Notes: generated by a model not told the origin, from the sequence alone. Positions 1 to 8,622 are shown, counted from the stretch's first letter. The stretch: DNA of 14,989 nt from a virus (IMGVR_UViG_2531839523_000008:1-14989), one strand, 5' to 3'. Program-made: numbers and translations.

Positions 1-299
<299 letters not shown>

Positions 300-338
300 T
301 TTAGCGCGCTGGGGTATTTACGCGTCGATTATCAATGA
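300..338 (+). pseudogene. 3' remnant of a fimbrial subunit gene (sfmH-like) cut by the IS insertion
   Basis: Frame ending at TGA 336-338 reads FSALGYLRVDYQ*, an alternating-hydrophobic C-terminal strand ending in YQ as in chaperone-usher pilins; it lies 11 nt upstream of sfmF. Assignment to sfmH is by expected gene order, not verified. Confidence 0.3.
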
Positions 339-348
339 GGTACGGAGA

Positions 349-864
349 ATGAGAAGAGTACTCTTTAGCTGTTTCTGCGGGTTACTGTGGAGTTCCAGTG
401 GATGGGCAGCTGACCCTTTAGGAACGATTAATATCAATTTGCACGGTAACGTTGTTGATTTCTCCTGTACCGTAAACACAGCGGATATTGATAAGACGGT
501 AGATTTAGGCAGATGGCCTACGACACAATTACTGAACGCTGGCGATACCACGGCACTCGTCCCTTTTAGCCTGCGGCTGGAGGGATGTCCTCCGGGTTCA
601 GTTGCGATTTTATTTACGGGAACGCCGGCATCCGATACCAACCTGCTGGCTCTGGATGATCCCGCAATGGCACAAACCGTCGCCATCGAATTACGTAATA
701 GCGATCGCTCCCGGCTCGCACTGGGGGAGGCGAGCCCGACTGAGGAAGTAGATGCAAATGGCAATGTCACACTAAACTTTTTTGCCAATTATCGAGCGTT
801 AGCCAGCGGTGTTCGGCCAGGTGTGGCGAAAGCGGATGCGATATTTATGATCAATTATAATTAA
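349..864 (+). CDS. sfmF: fimbrial-like protein SfmF
   Basis: 171-aa ORF starting with a signal-peptide-like N-terminus (MRRVLFSCFCGLLWSSSGWA), pilin-like composition, position immediately upstream of fimZ/argU as in E. coli. Confidence 0.85.
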   Translation: MRRVLFSCFCGLLWSSSGWAADPLGTININLHGNVVDFSCTVNTADIDKTVDLGRWPTTQLLNAGDTTALVPFSLRLEGCPPGSVAILFTGTPASDTNLLALDDPAMAQTVAIELRNSDRSRLALGEASPTEEVDANGNVTLNFFANYRALASGVRPGVAKADAIFMINYN

Positions 865-866
865 TA

Positions 867-1499
867 TTATATTAATTCGTATAATTTGGCGTAGTCGATA
901 AGCTCTACAATTGAATGCAAACCTAGCTTGCCATAAATATTAGATTTATGCGCACTAACTGTTTTATTGCTAAGTAATAACTTATCGGCAATTTCTTTAT
1001 TAGATAATCCGCTAACCAGATAACGTAATATGGTCACTTCACGATTAGATAGCACAGTGATCGTTGAACTATTCGTACTACATTTATTGCTTTTTATATA
1101 GTTAAGCGTTTCGCTAGGAAAAAACGTGTATCCGGAGAGGATCATCTGAACGGCATGAAAAATATCATTCTGATCATTGCATTTACTGACAAAACCGTTA
1201 GCACCAGCTTGTATCGCTCTGCCAGCATAAAAGCATTCTGATTTCGATGATAAAAATAACACTTTCACTGTGCTCTGGATTTGTTTGATCCTTTTCAGGA
1301 AGGTAAAACCGTCTGTTCCGGGCAAGTCTATATCCATAATGATTAAATCAACAGGACGGGTTCGGAGATAATCGATGGTTATGCGGTAATCATCCGTTTT
1401 CAGGACAATCTGCAATTCACTGTTTTTTTGCAACAGAACTTCAATAGACATTCTGATGATAGGATGAGTATCCATAATGATCACCGACGTTGGTTTCAT
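867..1499 (-). CDS. fimZ: LuxR/NarL-family response regulator FimZ
   Basis: Receiver domain (VIIMD...DLIIMDIDLPGTDG) plus C-terminal LuxR HTH (LSNREVTILRYLVSGLSNKEIADKL). Start trimmed from the track's 1562 to the ATG at 1499..1497 (MKPTSVIIMD..., 210 aa). Confidence 0.9.
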   Translation of the reverse strand: MKPTSVIIMDTHPIIRMSIEVLLQKNSELQIVLKTDDYRITIDYLRTRPVDLIIMDIDLPGTDGFTFLKRIKQIQSTVKVLFLSSKSECFYAGRAIQAGANGFVSKCNDQNDIFHAVQMILSGYTFFPSETLNYIKSNKCSTNSSTITVLSNREVTILRYLVSGLSNKEIADKLLLSNKTVSAHKSNIYGKLGLHSIVELIDYAKLYELI

Positions 1500-1682
1500 A
1501 GTTACCAGTCTCATAGGAGCGGACAATTTTCCGTTAGGGCGGTAAATTGTACTTTGATACATGAAAATACGGGTTTTCTTGATTCAGACGCGCAGCGGTG
1601 TGCGTTTGTTTGCCACTATAGCGAAATAAATCAGAAAATCAGACGCGGTCGTTCACTTGTTCAGCAACCAGATCAAAAGCCA

Positions 1683-1710
1683 TTGACTCAGCAAGGGTTG
1701 ACCGTATAAT
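1683..1710 (+). promoter_or_regulatory. sigma70 promoter of argU (TTGACT - 16 nt - TATAAT)
   Basis: Perfect consensus -35 TTGACT (1683-1688) and -10 TATAAT (1705-1710), about 30 nt upstream of the tRNA 5' end. Confidence 0.55.
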
Positions 1711-1741
1711 TCACGCGATTACACCGCATTGCGGTATCAAC

Positions 1742-1818
1742 GCGCCCTTAGCTCAGTTGGATAGAGCAACGACCTTCTAAGTCGTGGGCCGCAGGTTCGA
1801 ATCCTGCAGGGCGCGCCA
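1742..1818 (+). tRNA. argU: tRNA-Arg (anticodon UCU)
   Basis: 77-nt sequence GCGCCCTTAGCTCAGTTGGATAGAGCAACGACCTTCTAAGTCGTGGGCCGCAGGTTCGAATCCTGCAGGGCGCGCCA with cloverleaf features, anticodon loop CU-TCT-AA and encoded CCA. Known DLP12-type prophage attachment site. Confidence 0.95.
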
Positions 1819-1833
1819 TTACAATTCAATCAG

Positions 1834-2997
1834 TTACGCCTTCTTTATATCCTCCATAATTCCAGAGTGGGACATATTTGGGACATTATCACCAAAAATG
1901 TCGTCTATTTTCCTCGCATGCTCTGTCAAATGATTAGGCGCAAGGTGAGCATACCTACGAACCATTTCTATGGACTCCCATCCGCCCATTTCCTGAAGCA
2001 CTGATAATGGGACGCCTGACTGAATCAGCCAGCTTGCCCAGGTGTGTCTGAGGTCATGGAAACGGAAATCTTCAATTCCTGCACGACGACAAGCTGATAG
2101 CCATGATGTCTTGCTGTCGATGCGCATCTTCCTGACCGCAGGCGTTGATGTTCCATCTGCTCGCTTAGCCGCCTTGGTATGTACAAACACCCATTTGTGA
2201 TGCTTGCCTATTTGATCACGCAACACTTTACAGGCGGTATCGTTCAGCGCCACACCAATGGCGCGGTTTGATTTGCTCTCTTCTGGATTCACCCAGGCAA
2301 CTCGTCGCTGCATGTCGATTTGTTGCCATTCCAGATTTATGATGTTCGACTTTCTCAGACCAGTTGCCAGCGCAAACTTGACGACAGATTTCAGTGGTTC
2401 GGGGCACTCATCAATAAGGCGTTTTGCTTCCTCCTTTTCCAGCCATCTGACTCGCTTGTTTCTGACCGCTGGTATCTTGATGACAGGCGCTTTTTCCAGC
2501 CACTTCCAGTCGCGTTCTGCAGCACGGAGAATGGCCTTTATCATGGCAAGATGCTTTGCCTTTGTCTGAGTTGATACTGGCTTTGGTTCATAAACAGGCA
2601 GTTCTTTACCTTTCCTGATGGCGGCCTGAACTTTCTGTTTCCATATTTCTTTCGTCTTTCTGTTATGCATTCTGCTTACAGCAGAGTAAATCTTTGCCTC
2701 CGAGATATCTTTAAGCCTTATACCCTCAAAATGTTCAAGCCAGAACTCAATCCGGCTTTTATCTGAATCGAGAGATTTTTTATCAGCTTTTTCCTCAAGC
2801 CATCTTAGGCAGGCCTCTTCAAAAGTGACATCAGGTAAATCCCCTAGCTTTTCTACTCGCCAGAGTTCTGCTTTTCGCTTGTCGTGCAACTCCTGAGCTT
2901 GCCGCTTGTCCTTTGTGCCAAGAGATTCCTTAATTCGTTTCCCGCCCGGGAGCGAATACGAGGCATACCATATTTCATTTCTGCGGAAGAGTGACAT
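1834..2997 (-). CDS. intD: prophage tyrosine integrase (DLP12 IntD-type)
   Basis: 387-aa ORF starting [41 protein letters not shown]-terminal catalytic region has HDLRHTWAS ... RRYAHL (R-H-R-Y signature). Gene abuts the tRNA 3' end. Confidence 0.95.
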   Translation of the reverse strand: MSLFRRNEIWYASYSLPGGKRIKESLGTKDKRQAQELHDKRKAELWRVEKLGDLPDVTFEEACLRWLEEKADKKSLDSDKSRIEFWLEHFEGIRLKDISEAKIYSAVSRMHNRKTKEIWKQKVQAAIRKGKELPVYEPKPVSTQTKAKHLAMIKAILRAAERDWKWLEKAPVIKIPAVRNKRVRWLEKEEAKRLIDECPEPLKSVVKFALATGLRKSNIINLEWQQIDMQRRVAWVNPEESKSNRAIGVALNDTACKVLRDQIGKHHKWVFVHTKAAKRADGTSTPAVRKMRIDSKTSWLSACRRAGIEDFRFHDLRHTWASWLIQSGVPLSVLQEMGGWESIEMVRRYAHLAPNHLTEHARKIDDIFGDNVPNMSHSGIMEDIKKA

Positions 2998-3224
2998 TTT
3001 CTTTCCTCTGTTATGCCATCACCCGCGCTCACCTGGACAGTATGCAGCGGAGACTGAAGCGCCGCAATGCAGGCTTGCCGTGTTGTGAGGTAAGGAGATT
3101 TTGGCTTGGTTGGATCTTTACGTGTTGCCTGTAGGCGGCCTGTTCGTATCCAGTTGGTGGCGGTTGGTCTGGATATCTTAAGAAACTGACAGGCCTCATC
3201 GAGTGTGAGGCTGTATGATTCCAT
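2853..3224 (-). CDS. xis: excisionase-like HTH protein (Xis/AlpA-type); long C-terminal tail overlapping int, possibly frameshifted
   Basis: ATG at 3224..3222. N-terminal region [31 protein letters not shown] is a typical Xis/AlpA helix-turn-helix. The ORF runs 145 nt into int in another frame, which is longer than usual for xis. Confidence 0.55.
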   Translation of the reverse strand: MESYSLTLDEACQFLKISRPTATNWIRTGRLQATRKDPTKPKSPYLTTRQACIAALQSPLHTVQVSAGDGITEERKCHSSAEMKYGMPRIRSRAGNELRNLLAQRTSGKLRSCTTSEKQNSGE

Positions 3225-3474
3225 GGTTACCTCTGCTTTTTGAACGCATGTCACGTAACTTCTTAATGTGTTCTGCCGTTTCGATCTCTTCTGCTATCCG
3301 ATCTGCATCAGCTTTATTCACAGGTTCAAAGTCATGATTAAAGCGGAACATGCTGGCGATACATGTTCTGCCTTTTCGGATGTAGTGAACTTTGTTGTGG
3401 GTAGAACGCAGGATTTTGCAGGGAGTGCCGTGGTGGTCGACGTACCAGGTGTTAGGAAAAATGATTCTGAACAT
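3196..3474 (-). CDS. hypothetical small prophage early protein (92 aa)
   Basis: ATG at 3474..3472 preceded by GAGGTG Shine-Dalgarno sequence; no family assigned. Confidence 0.5.
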   Translation of the reverse strand: MFRIIFPNTWYVDHHGTPCKILRSTHNKVHYIRKGRTCIASMFRFNHDFEPVNKADADRIAEEIETAEHIKKLRDMRSKSRGNHGIIQPHTR

Positions 3475-3521
3475 TTTTACACCTCAGTTGGACGATGTTG
3501 AAATTTGCTGCTTTGAGGCCA

Positions 3522-3740
3522 TCACAGTCCCCATTGTTTGTTCTTAAGTTCGATCTCCTCCTGGCAACTTGCACAAGTCCGACAACCCTGAACAGCCAGG
3601 CGTCTTCGCTCATCTATCGGATCGCCACACTCACAACAATGAGTTGCGGATACAGTCTGGTAGTTCAGACGACGCATTTTTATTGCTGTATTGCGCTGTA
3701 ATTCTTCGATTTCTGATGCCGAATCAATGATGTCTGCCAT
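3522..3740 (-). CDS. TraR/DksA-family C4 zinc-finger protein
   Basis: 72-aa ORF with C-x2-C ... C-x2-C spacing (HCCECGDPIDERRRLAVQGCRTCASC) typical of phage TraR homologues; GGAAG Shine-Dalgarno sequence upstream of ATG 3740. Confidence 0.8.
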   Translation of the reverse strand: MADIIDSASEIEELQRNTAIKMRRLNYQTVSATHCCECGDPIDERRRLAVQGCRTCASCQEEIELKNKQWGL

Positions 3741-3792
3741 CTTCCATTAATCCCTGAATTGTTGGTTAATACGCTTGAGGATGAATGCGAAC

Positions 3793-3816
3793 AATAAAAA
3801 AGGAGCCTGTAGCTCC
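3793..3816 (-). terminator. putative intrinsic terminator inside the leftward early operon
   Basis: Minus-strand hairpin GGAGC-tacag-GCTCC (plus 3802-3816) followed immediately by a T-run (plus-strand A-run 3796-3801). Confidence 0.45.
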
Positions 3817-3838
3817 CTGATGATTTTGCTTTTCATGT

Positions 3839-4150
3839 TCACCGTTCCTTAAAGACGCCGTTTAACATGCCGATCGCCAGGCTTAAATGAGTCGGTGTGA
3901 ATCCCATCAGCGTTACCGTTTCACGGTGCTTCTTCAGTACGCTACGGCAAATGTCATCGACGTTTTTATCCGGAAACTGCTGTCTGGCTTTTTTGATTTC
4001 AGAATTAGCCTGACGGGCAATGCTGCGAAGGGCGTTTTCCTGCTGAGGTGTCATTGAACAAGTCCCATGTCGGCAAGCATAAGCACACAGAATATGAAGC
4101 CCGCTGCCAGAAAAATGCATTCCGTGGCTGTCATACCGGGTCTCTCTCAT
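3839..4150 (-). CDS. hypothetical prophage early protein (103 aa)
   Basis: ATG at 4150..4148, start overlaps the stop of the upstream 63-aa ORF by 20 nt (possible translational coupling). No motif assigned. Confidence 0.45.
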   Translation of the reverse strand: MRETRYDSHGMHFSGSGLHILCAYACRHGTCSMTPQQENALRSIARQANSEIKKARQQFPDKNVDDICRSVLKKHRETVTLMGFTPTHLSLAIGMLNGVFKER

Positions 4151-4322
4151 CTGCTTCTGCTTTCGCCACCATCATTTCCAGCTTTTGTGAAAGGGATGCG
4201 GCTAACGTATGAAATTCTTCGTCTGTTTCTACTGGTATTGGCACAAACCTGACTCCAATTTGAGCAAGGCTATGTGCCATCTCAATACTCGTTCTTAACT
4301 CAACAGGAGATGCTTTGTGCAT
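4131..4322 (-). CDS. hypothetical small prophage early protein (63 aa)
   Basis: ATG at 4322..4320 with GGGAGG Shine-Dalgarno sequence 7 nt upstream. Confidence 0.5.
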   Translation of the reverse strand: MHKASPVELRTSIEMAHSLAQIGVRFVPIPVETDEEFHTLAASLSQKLEMMVAKAEADERDPV

Positions 4323-4483
4323 ACCGCCTCCCGTTTATTATTTATCTTCTCAGCCAGCCGCTGTGCTTTCAGTGGATTTCTGATAACAGAAAGGCCGGGA
4401 AATACCCAGCCTCGCTTTGTAACGGAGTAGACGAAAGTGATCGCGCCTACCCGGATATTATCGTGAGGATGCGTCATCGCCAT
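4295..4483 (-). CDS. hypothetical small protein (62 aa) overlapping the exo stop
   Basis: ATG at 4483..4481 overlaps the exo TGA (ATGGCGATGA); overlaps the next ORF by 28 nt, so one of the two may be spurious. Confidence 0.35.
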   Translation of the reverse strand: MAMTHPHDNIRVGAITFVYSVTKRGWVFPGLSVIRNPLKAQRLAEKINNKREAVCTKHLLLS

Positions 4484-5154
4484 TGCTCCCCAAATACAAA
4501 ACCAATTTCAGCCAGTGCCTCGTCCATTTTTTCGATGAACTCCGGCACCATCTCGTTAAAACTCGCCATGTACTTTTCATCCCGCTCAACCACGACATAA
4601 TGCAGTCCTTCACGCTTCATACGCGGGTCATAGTTGGCAAAGTACCAGGCATCTTTTCGTGTCACCCACATGCTGTACTGCACCTGGGCCATGTAAGCCG
4701 ATTTTATGGCCTCGAAACCACCGAGCCGGAACTTCATGAAATCCCGGGAGGTAAACGGGCATTTCAGTTCAAGGCCGTTGCCGTCACTGCATAAACCATC
4801 GGGAGAGCAGGCGGTGCGCATACTTTCGTCGCGATAGATGATCGGGGATTCAGTAACATTCACGCCGGAAGTGAACTCAAAGAGGGCTCTGGCGTCGTTC
4901 TCGTACTGTTTTCCCCAGGCCAGCGCCTTAGCGTTAACTTCCGGAGCCACACCGGTGCAAACCTCGGCAAGCAGGGTGTGGAAGTAGGACATTTTCATGT
5001 CAGGCCATTTCTTTCCGGAGCGGGGTTTTGCTATCACATTGTGAACCTCTGAAGCGGTGATGACGCCGAGCCGTAATTTGTGCCACGCATTATCCCCCTG
5101 TTCGACAGCTCTCACGTCGATCCCGGTACGCTGCAGTATAATGTCCGGTGTCAT
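4474..5154 (-). CDS. exo: lambda-type exonuclease (Red-alpha)
   Basis: 226-aa product [21 protein letters not shown]...GFVFGEQWR is near-identical to lambda Exo as I recall it. Confidence 0.95.
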   Translation of the reverse strand: MTPDIILQRTGIDVRAVEQGDNAWHKLRLGVITASEVHNVIAKPRSGKKWPDMKMSYFHTLLAEVCTGVAPEVNAKALAWGKQYENDARALFEFTSGVNVTESPIIYRDESMRTACSPDGLCSDGNGLELKCPFTSRDFMKFRLGGFEAIKSAYMAQVQYSMWVTRKDAWYFANYDPRMKREGLHYVVVERDEKYMASFNEMVPEFIEKMDEALAEIGFVFGEQWR

Positions 5155-5936
5155 GCTGCCACCTTCTGCTCAGTGGCTTTCTGTTTCAGGAATCCAAGAG
5201 CTTTCACTGCTTCGGCCTGTGTCAGTTCTGACGATGCGCGAATGTCGCGGCGAAATATCTGGGAACAGAGCGGCAATAAGTCGTCATCCCATGTTTTATC
5301 CAAGGCGATCAGCAGAGTGTTAATCTCCTGCATGGTTTCATCGTTAACCGGAGTGATGTCGCGTTCCGGCTGACGTTCTGTAGTGTATGCGGTATTTTCG
5401 ACAATGCGCTCGGCTTCATCCTTGTCATAGATACCAGCAAATCCGAAGGCGAGACGGGCACACTGAATCATGGCTTTATGCCGTAACATCCGTTTGGGAT
5501 GCGACTGCCACGGGCCGGTGATTTCTCTGCCTTCGCGGGTTTTGAATGGTTCGCGTCGGCATTCATCCATCCACTCGGTAACGCAGATCGGATGATTACG
5601 GTCCTTGCGGTAAATCCGGCATGTACAGGATTCATTGTCCTGCTCAAAGTCCATGCCATCAAACTGCTGGTTTTCATTGATGATGCGGGACCATCCATCA
5701 ACGCCCACCACCGGAACGATGCCGTTCTGCTTATCAGGGAAGGCGTAAATTTCTTTCGTCCACGGATTAAGGCCGTACTGGTTGGCGACGATCAACAATG
5801 CGATGAACTGCGCATCGCTGGCATCGCCTTTAAATGCTGTCTGGCGAAGAGTGGTGATCAGTTCCTGTGGGTCGACAGAATCCATGCCGACACGTTCAGC
5901 CAGCTTCCCTGCCAGCGTTGCGAGTGCTGTACTCAT
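5151..5936 (-). CDS. bet: lambda-type single-strand annealing protein Bet (Red-beta)
   Basis: 261-aa product [66 protein letters not shown]... matches Red-beta; ATGA overlap with exo as in lambda. Confidence 0.95.
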   Translation of the reverse strand: MSTALATLAGKLAERVGMDSVDPQELITTLRQTAFKGDASDAQFIALLIVANQYGLNPWTKEIYAFPDKQNGIVPVVGVDGWSRIINENQQFDGMDFEQDNESCTCRIYRKDRNHPICVTEWMDECRREPFKTREGREITGPWQSHPKRMLRHKAMIQCARLAFGFAGIYDKDEAERIVENTAYTTERQPERDITPVNDETMQEINTLLIALDKTWDDDLLPLCSQIFRRDIRASSELTQAEAVKALGFLKQKATEQKVAA

Positions 5937-5941
5937 CCGTT

Positions 5942-6238
5942 TTATACCTCTGAATCAATATCAACCTGATGGTGAGCAATGGTTTCAACCATGTACCGGA
6001 TGTGTTCTGCCATGCGCTCCTGAAAGTCAACATCGTCATCAAACGCACGGGTAATGGCTTTTTTGCTGGCCCCGTGGCGTTGCAAATGATCGATACATAG
6101 CGATTCAAACAGGTGCTGGTGCAGGCCTTTTTCCATGTCGTCTGCCAGTTCTGCCTCTTTCTCTTCACGGGCGATCTGCTGGTAGTGACGCGCCCAGCTC
6201 TGAGCCTCAAGACGATCCTGAATGTAATAAGCGTTCAT
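5942..6238 (-). CDS. gam: RecBCD inhibitor Gam (short GamS form)
   Basis: [39 protein letters not shown]... matches lambda GamS. The upstream in-frame extension has no canonical start codon. Confidence 0.9.
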   Translation of the reverse strand: MNAYYIQDRLEAQSWARHYQQIAREEKEAELADDMEKGLHQHLFESLCIDHLQRHGASKKAITRAFDDDVDFQERMAEHIRYMVETIAHHQVDIDSEV

Positions 6239-6312
6239 GGCTGAACTCCTGAAATAGCTGTGAAAATATCGCCCGCGAAATGCCGGGCTGATTAGGTAAA
6301 CAGGAAAGGGGA

Positions 6313-6603
6313 TTAGTGATTCAGACCGTTGCCGCGCCCGTCGAGAAAAACTTCCACGAGCAAGTCGCGGGTATAAGTGCGCTCGATGCCGCGATGCAGA
6401 TAAAGCCGTCCGCGTAAATTAGCTGATGCAGTCCAGGTACCATCTTTGTGTTTGACCAGCATTCCTGGCATGACCGCACCGCGATTAACGGTCTGCGTTC
6501 CGTAATGTTGATGAACCATAAAAACTCCTGCCCGTAAGCTGGGCTGCTGAACATATAGAGACTTCTGCGCGTATTCAGGCGGTGGATGGCCGCCGGTTGT
6601 CAT
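6313..6603 (-). CDS. hypothetical protein (96 aa), first ORF downstream of the inferred PL
   Basis: ATG at 6603..6601 with GAGG about 12 nt upstream. GC-rich region with a second overlapping open frame (6321..6554), so coding status is uncertain. No arginine-rich N-like motif. Confidence 0.4.
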   Translation of the reverse strand: MTTGGHPPPEYAQKSLYVQQPSLRAGVFMVHQHYGTQTVNRGAVMPGMLVKHKDGTWTASANLRGRLYLHRGIERTYTRDLLVEVFLDGRGNGLNH

Positions 6604-6799
6604 AACTAAGCCGCCTCGTTGAAGCGACTGAGGTATGAGGTGTTGAGTTGAGTTGATTTCAGCTGGTCACACCGACGTTCACGCGTCCGTTTCCCCCCTC
6701 GCACTCCCCGGAGCCTGCCGAAATTCAAGCTGCGGATCTAAGCGGTCATCGCAACGGTGAATCAGGTGGTTGCCGTATCGTTGTGTTGTTGCGACATGG

Positions 6800-6920
6800 T
6801 AATAATAGCTATTGCTATTGGCGGTATCAATACTTATAGCTATTGATTGATGTGTTTTGATATTAACTGTTTGATAGCAAAAAGAATTAATTTTGTGACT
6901 TGCATCGCATAGCGATAACT
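6800..6920 (-). promoter_or_regulatory. putative OL/PL operator-promoter region
   Basis: Palindromic sites ATAGC-TATT-GCTAT (6805-6818) and ATCGC-ATA-GCGAT (6904-6916), plus the motif TTGCTATTG (6812-6820) that recurs in the cI-cro intergenic region at 8667-8675. Position matches lambda OL/PL. Confidence 0.45.
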
Positions 6921-6968
6921 GAAGGGAGGTTGTGGTGGTTTTTTGAACGGTGTGTGATGAGGGGAGGC

Positions 6969-6995
6969 AAAAGAAAACCCGGCACGACGGCCGGG
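6969..6995 (-). terminator. intrinsic terminator ending the cI immunity transcript
   Basis: Minus-strand stem CCCGGC / GCCGGG (plus 6978-6983 and 6990-6995) with a 6-nt loop, followed immediately by TTTTCTTTT (plus-strand A-run 6969-6977); 5 nt after the stop of the 287-aa ORF. Confidence 0.6.
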
Positions 6996-6999
6996 GAAA

Positions 7000-7863
7000 T
7001 CATTTCGCATCTACAATAAATAACCTGTTTATCTGGCCTTTTTTAACAGTAGCCTTTGCGGTTATAGTGAATACTGCAGATGGATCACCTTTGGTTGATA
7101 TATATGCACTAAGAGCTCTAATATACGGGTTATTCTTCTTTCCTGCAGCTGGATCGCTAATTTCAGCAGTGATTCTCTTTTTTGAGTCATCACCATCTAA
7201 AATTATTTTAGCTGTCATATTTTGTGCATCAAATTCTGTAAGAAAAGCACGATACTCACGAAGACCGAGAACTTCATCATCATCAAGCCTATCAATTTCA
7301 GCTTTATCTCTCTCGTTAACTTTTAGAAGGCAGCCGTCAACATTTGTTGCAACACTTATCTGATCGCAAGTATTACCAATAGGTGATACTGCCTGCCTTA
7401 CAGAGGGGCGAAGCTCTACAGCCATTCGGTCAATCAAAGAGATCAACTTATCAATGGTTCCAGCATCCTTGTTTCCTAGTGCCTCTATGGCCTTTTCAAG
7501 TGACTGCTGCAAAGCTTTCATTTCATCTTTCTTGTTAGAATTTCTCGCAAAAATATATTGTAGTATTGCGCCAAGTATAGTTGCGGCGATCCCCGAGAAC
7601 AACTGGTTCTGAGTGGCGAAGTTAAGAACTGCTTCAAGAGTAAAGCAGTTAGCTTTTGCTTCGCGTGCGTAAACCTTAACTTCCTGATAATTAATGTATT
7701 TACTATATTTTTGTGTAACAGAGAAAGAAGCTGCTGTTGAGAGAACTTTAGAAAAACCCTTTAGGGATTCTCCTAGGCAGTTCAAATCTATTTCATGATT
7801 TAAAGCATCTTTTCCGTCATACCTAAGAGAGATTTTTATATCCTGTAAAGCGTCACAATCCAT
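7000..7863 (-). CDS. uncharacterised 287-aa protein with one predicted transmembrane helix; AT-rich moron in the rexAB-equivalent slot
   Basis: Uninterrupted 864-nt ORF in AT-rich DNA (roughly 35-40 % G+C by hand count of sampled lines, versus about 50 % in the red genes). ATG at 7863..7861, 66 nt downstream of the cI stop with no terminator between. Central hydrophobic segment [19 protein letters not shown]; no recognisable enzymatic motif. Confidence 0.7.
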   Translation of the reverse strand: MDCDALQDIKISLRYDGKDALNHEIDLNCLGESLKGFSKVLSTAASFSVTQKYSKYINYQEVKVYAREAKANCFTLEAVLNFATQNQLFSGIAATILGAILQYIFARNSNKKDEMKALQQSLEKAIEALGNKDAGTIDKLISLIDRMAVELRPSVRQAVSPIGNTCDQISVATNVDGCLLKVNERDKAEIDRLDDDEVLGLREYRAFLTEFDAQNMTAKIILDGDDSKKRITAEISDPAAGKKNNPYIRALSAYISTKGDPSAVFTITAKATVKKGQINRLFIVDAK

Positions 7864-7929
7864 AAATCGCTCTCGTCTAATTCTAATTAAATTTACTATC
7901 CCCTAAACGACTCATCAGCACAGTACTGA

Positions 7930-8622
7930 TTATCCATGTTTCCTGTACGTTTGGGGCATGCTCCCAATAACCTTACCGAAGATGAACACCCGGTTCATCT
8001 CGTCTTTCTCGATCGGGTCCCACGGTGAGTAGCTCTTGTTATCAGAGATAACCAGCAGCTTATCCTTCATCATTTGCAGGCGCTTTACATGGGCGGTGTC
8101 GTCGTACAGAAACGCATAGATGCCATCACCGTCGAAAGATTTAACCGTGATATCAACGAACAGCAGATCACCTGGTTCGATCGTTCCTGACATGCTGTCA
8201 CCACGCACGTTAATGATGCGGATATTTTCTGCCTTCCTACCATCGAACATGTGACGAGCATCGTCAAACGAGTACTCAACCGAGCGTAGAACTTCTACAA
8301 ACTCACGGTTGATGACTCCCGGCCCGGCACTCACTTCTATATCAAGAACGTCAATCTTGAAGTATTTGGGATGGTTGGCAGTAGGCTTCCCTAATTGTTG
8401 ACCGTCATTTCTCATCGGGCCTATGCCTGATGAGAGCCACTCTGTTCGAACACCCAATGCATTAGCTATTTCAACAATTTTTGTTGAGCCGCGCGCGTTG
8501 CCGCTTGTCAGTCTCCAGATTGTGGGTTGAGCTACGCCAGACGCCTTTGCAAGAGCGCCTTGAGACATTCCAGATTGTTCCATCGCTAGGTTTAAGCGAT
8601 CAGCAAGAGTTTCTTTTTTCAT
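7930..8622 (-). CDS. cI: prophage repressor cI (LexA-like, HTH + S24 peptidase domain)
   Basis: N-terminal HTH (MSQGALAKASGVAQPTIWRL), Ala-Gly autocleavage site (EVSAGPG), catalytic Ser in GDSM and Lys in HVKRL. Start trimmed from the TTG at 8658 to the ATG at 8622..8620; no Shine-Dalgarno sequence, consistent with a leaderless PRM-type transcript. Confidence 0.9.
   Translation of the reverse strand: MKKETLADRLNLAMEQSGMSQGALAKASGVAQPTIWRLTSGNARGSTKIVEIANALGVRTEWLSSGIGPMRNDGQQLGKPTANHPKYFKIDVLDIEVSAGPGVINREFVEVLRSVEYSFDDARHMFDGRKAENIRIINVRGDSMSGTIEPGDLLFVDITVKSFDGDGIYAFLYDDTAHVKRLQMMKDKLLVISDNKSYSPWDPIEKDEMNRVFIFGKVIGSMPQTYRKHG

Noticed and set aside
318-788. 156-aa minus-strand ORF overlapping sfmF
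   Set aside because: Antisense to a well-supported pilin gene; composition (Ser/Ala/Leu-rich, no motifs) is typical of a shadow ORF.
1428-1709. 93-aa plus-strand ORF spanning the fimZ 5' end and the fimZ-argU intergenic region
   Set aside because: Overlaps fimZ on the opposite strand and runs through the argU promoter; no RBS; likely spurious.
2258-3088. Plus-strand ORFs 2258..2569, 2320..2574 and 2906..3088 inside int and xis
   Set aside because: Antisense shadow ORFs within the integrase and excisionase; no start-site support.
5057-6210. ORFs 5057..5323, 5080..5373, 5468..5701, 5499..5969, 5782..6054 and 5896..6210 overlapping exo/bet/gam
   Set aside because: All lie within or antisense to the strongly supported lambda Red genes; GC-rich DNA gives long chance open frames.
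5942-6360. Long Gam form (GamL) extending upstream of MNAYY
   Set aside because: The upstream in-frame sequence resembles the GamL extension (…[24 protein letters not shown]) but has no ATG/GTG/TTG start before the frame meets a stop, so only GamS is annotated.
6950-7363. 137-aa plus-strand ORF antisense to the 287-aa moron gene
   Set aside because: Low-complexity, Ser/Leu-rich shadow frame overlapping the terminator and the minus-strand gene; no RBS.
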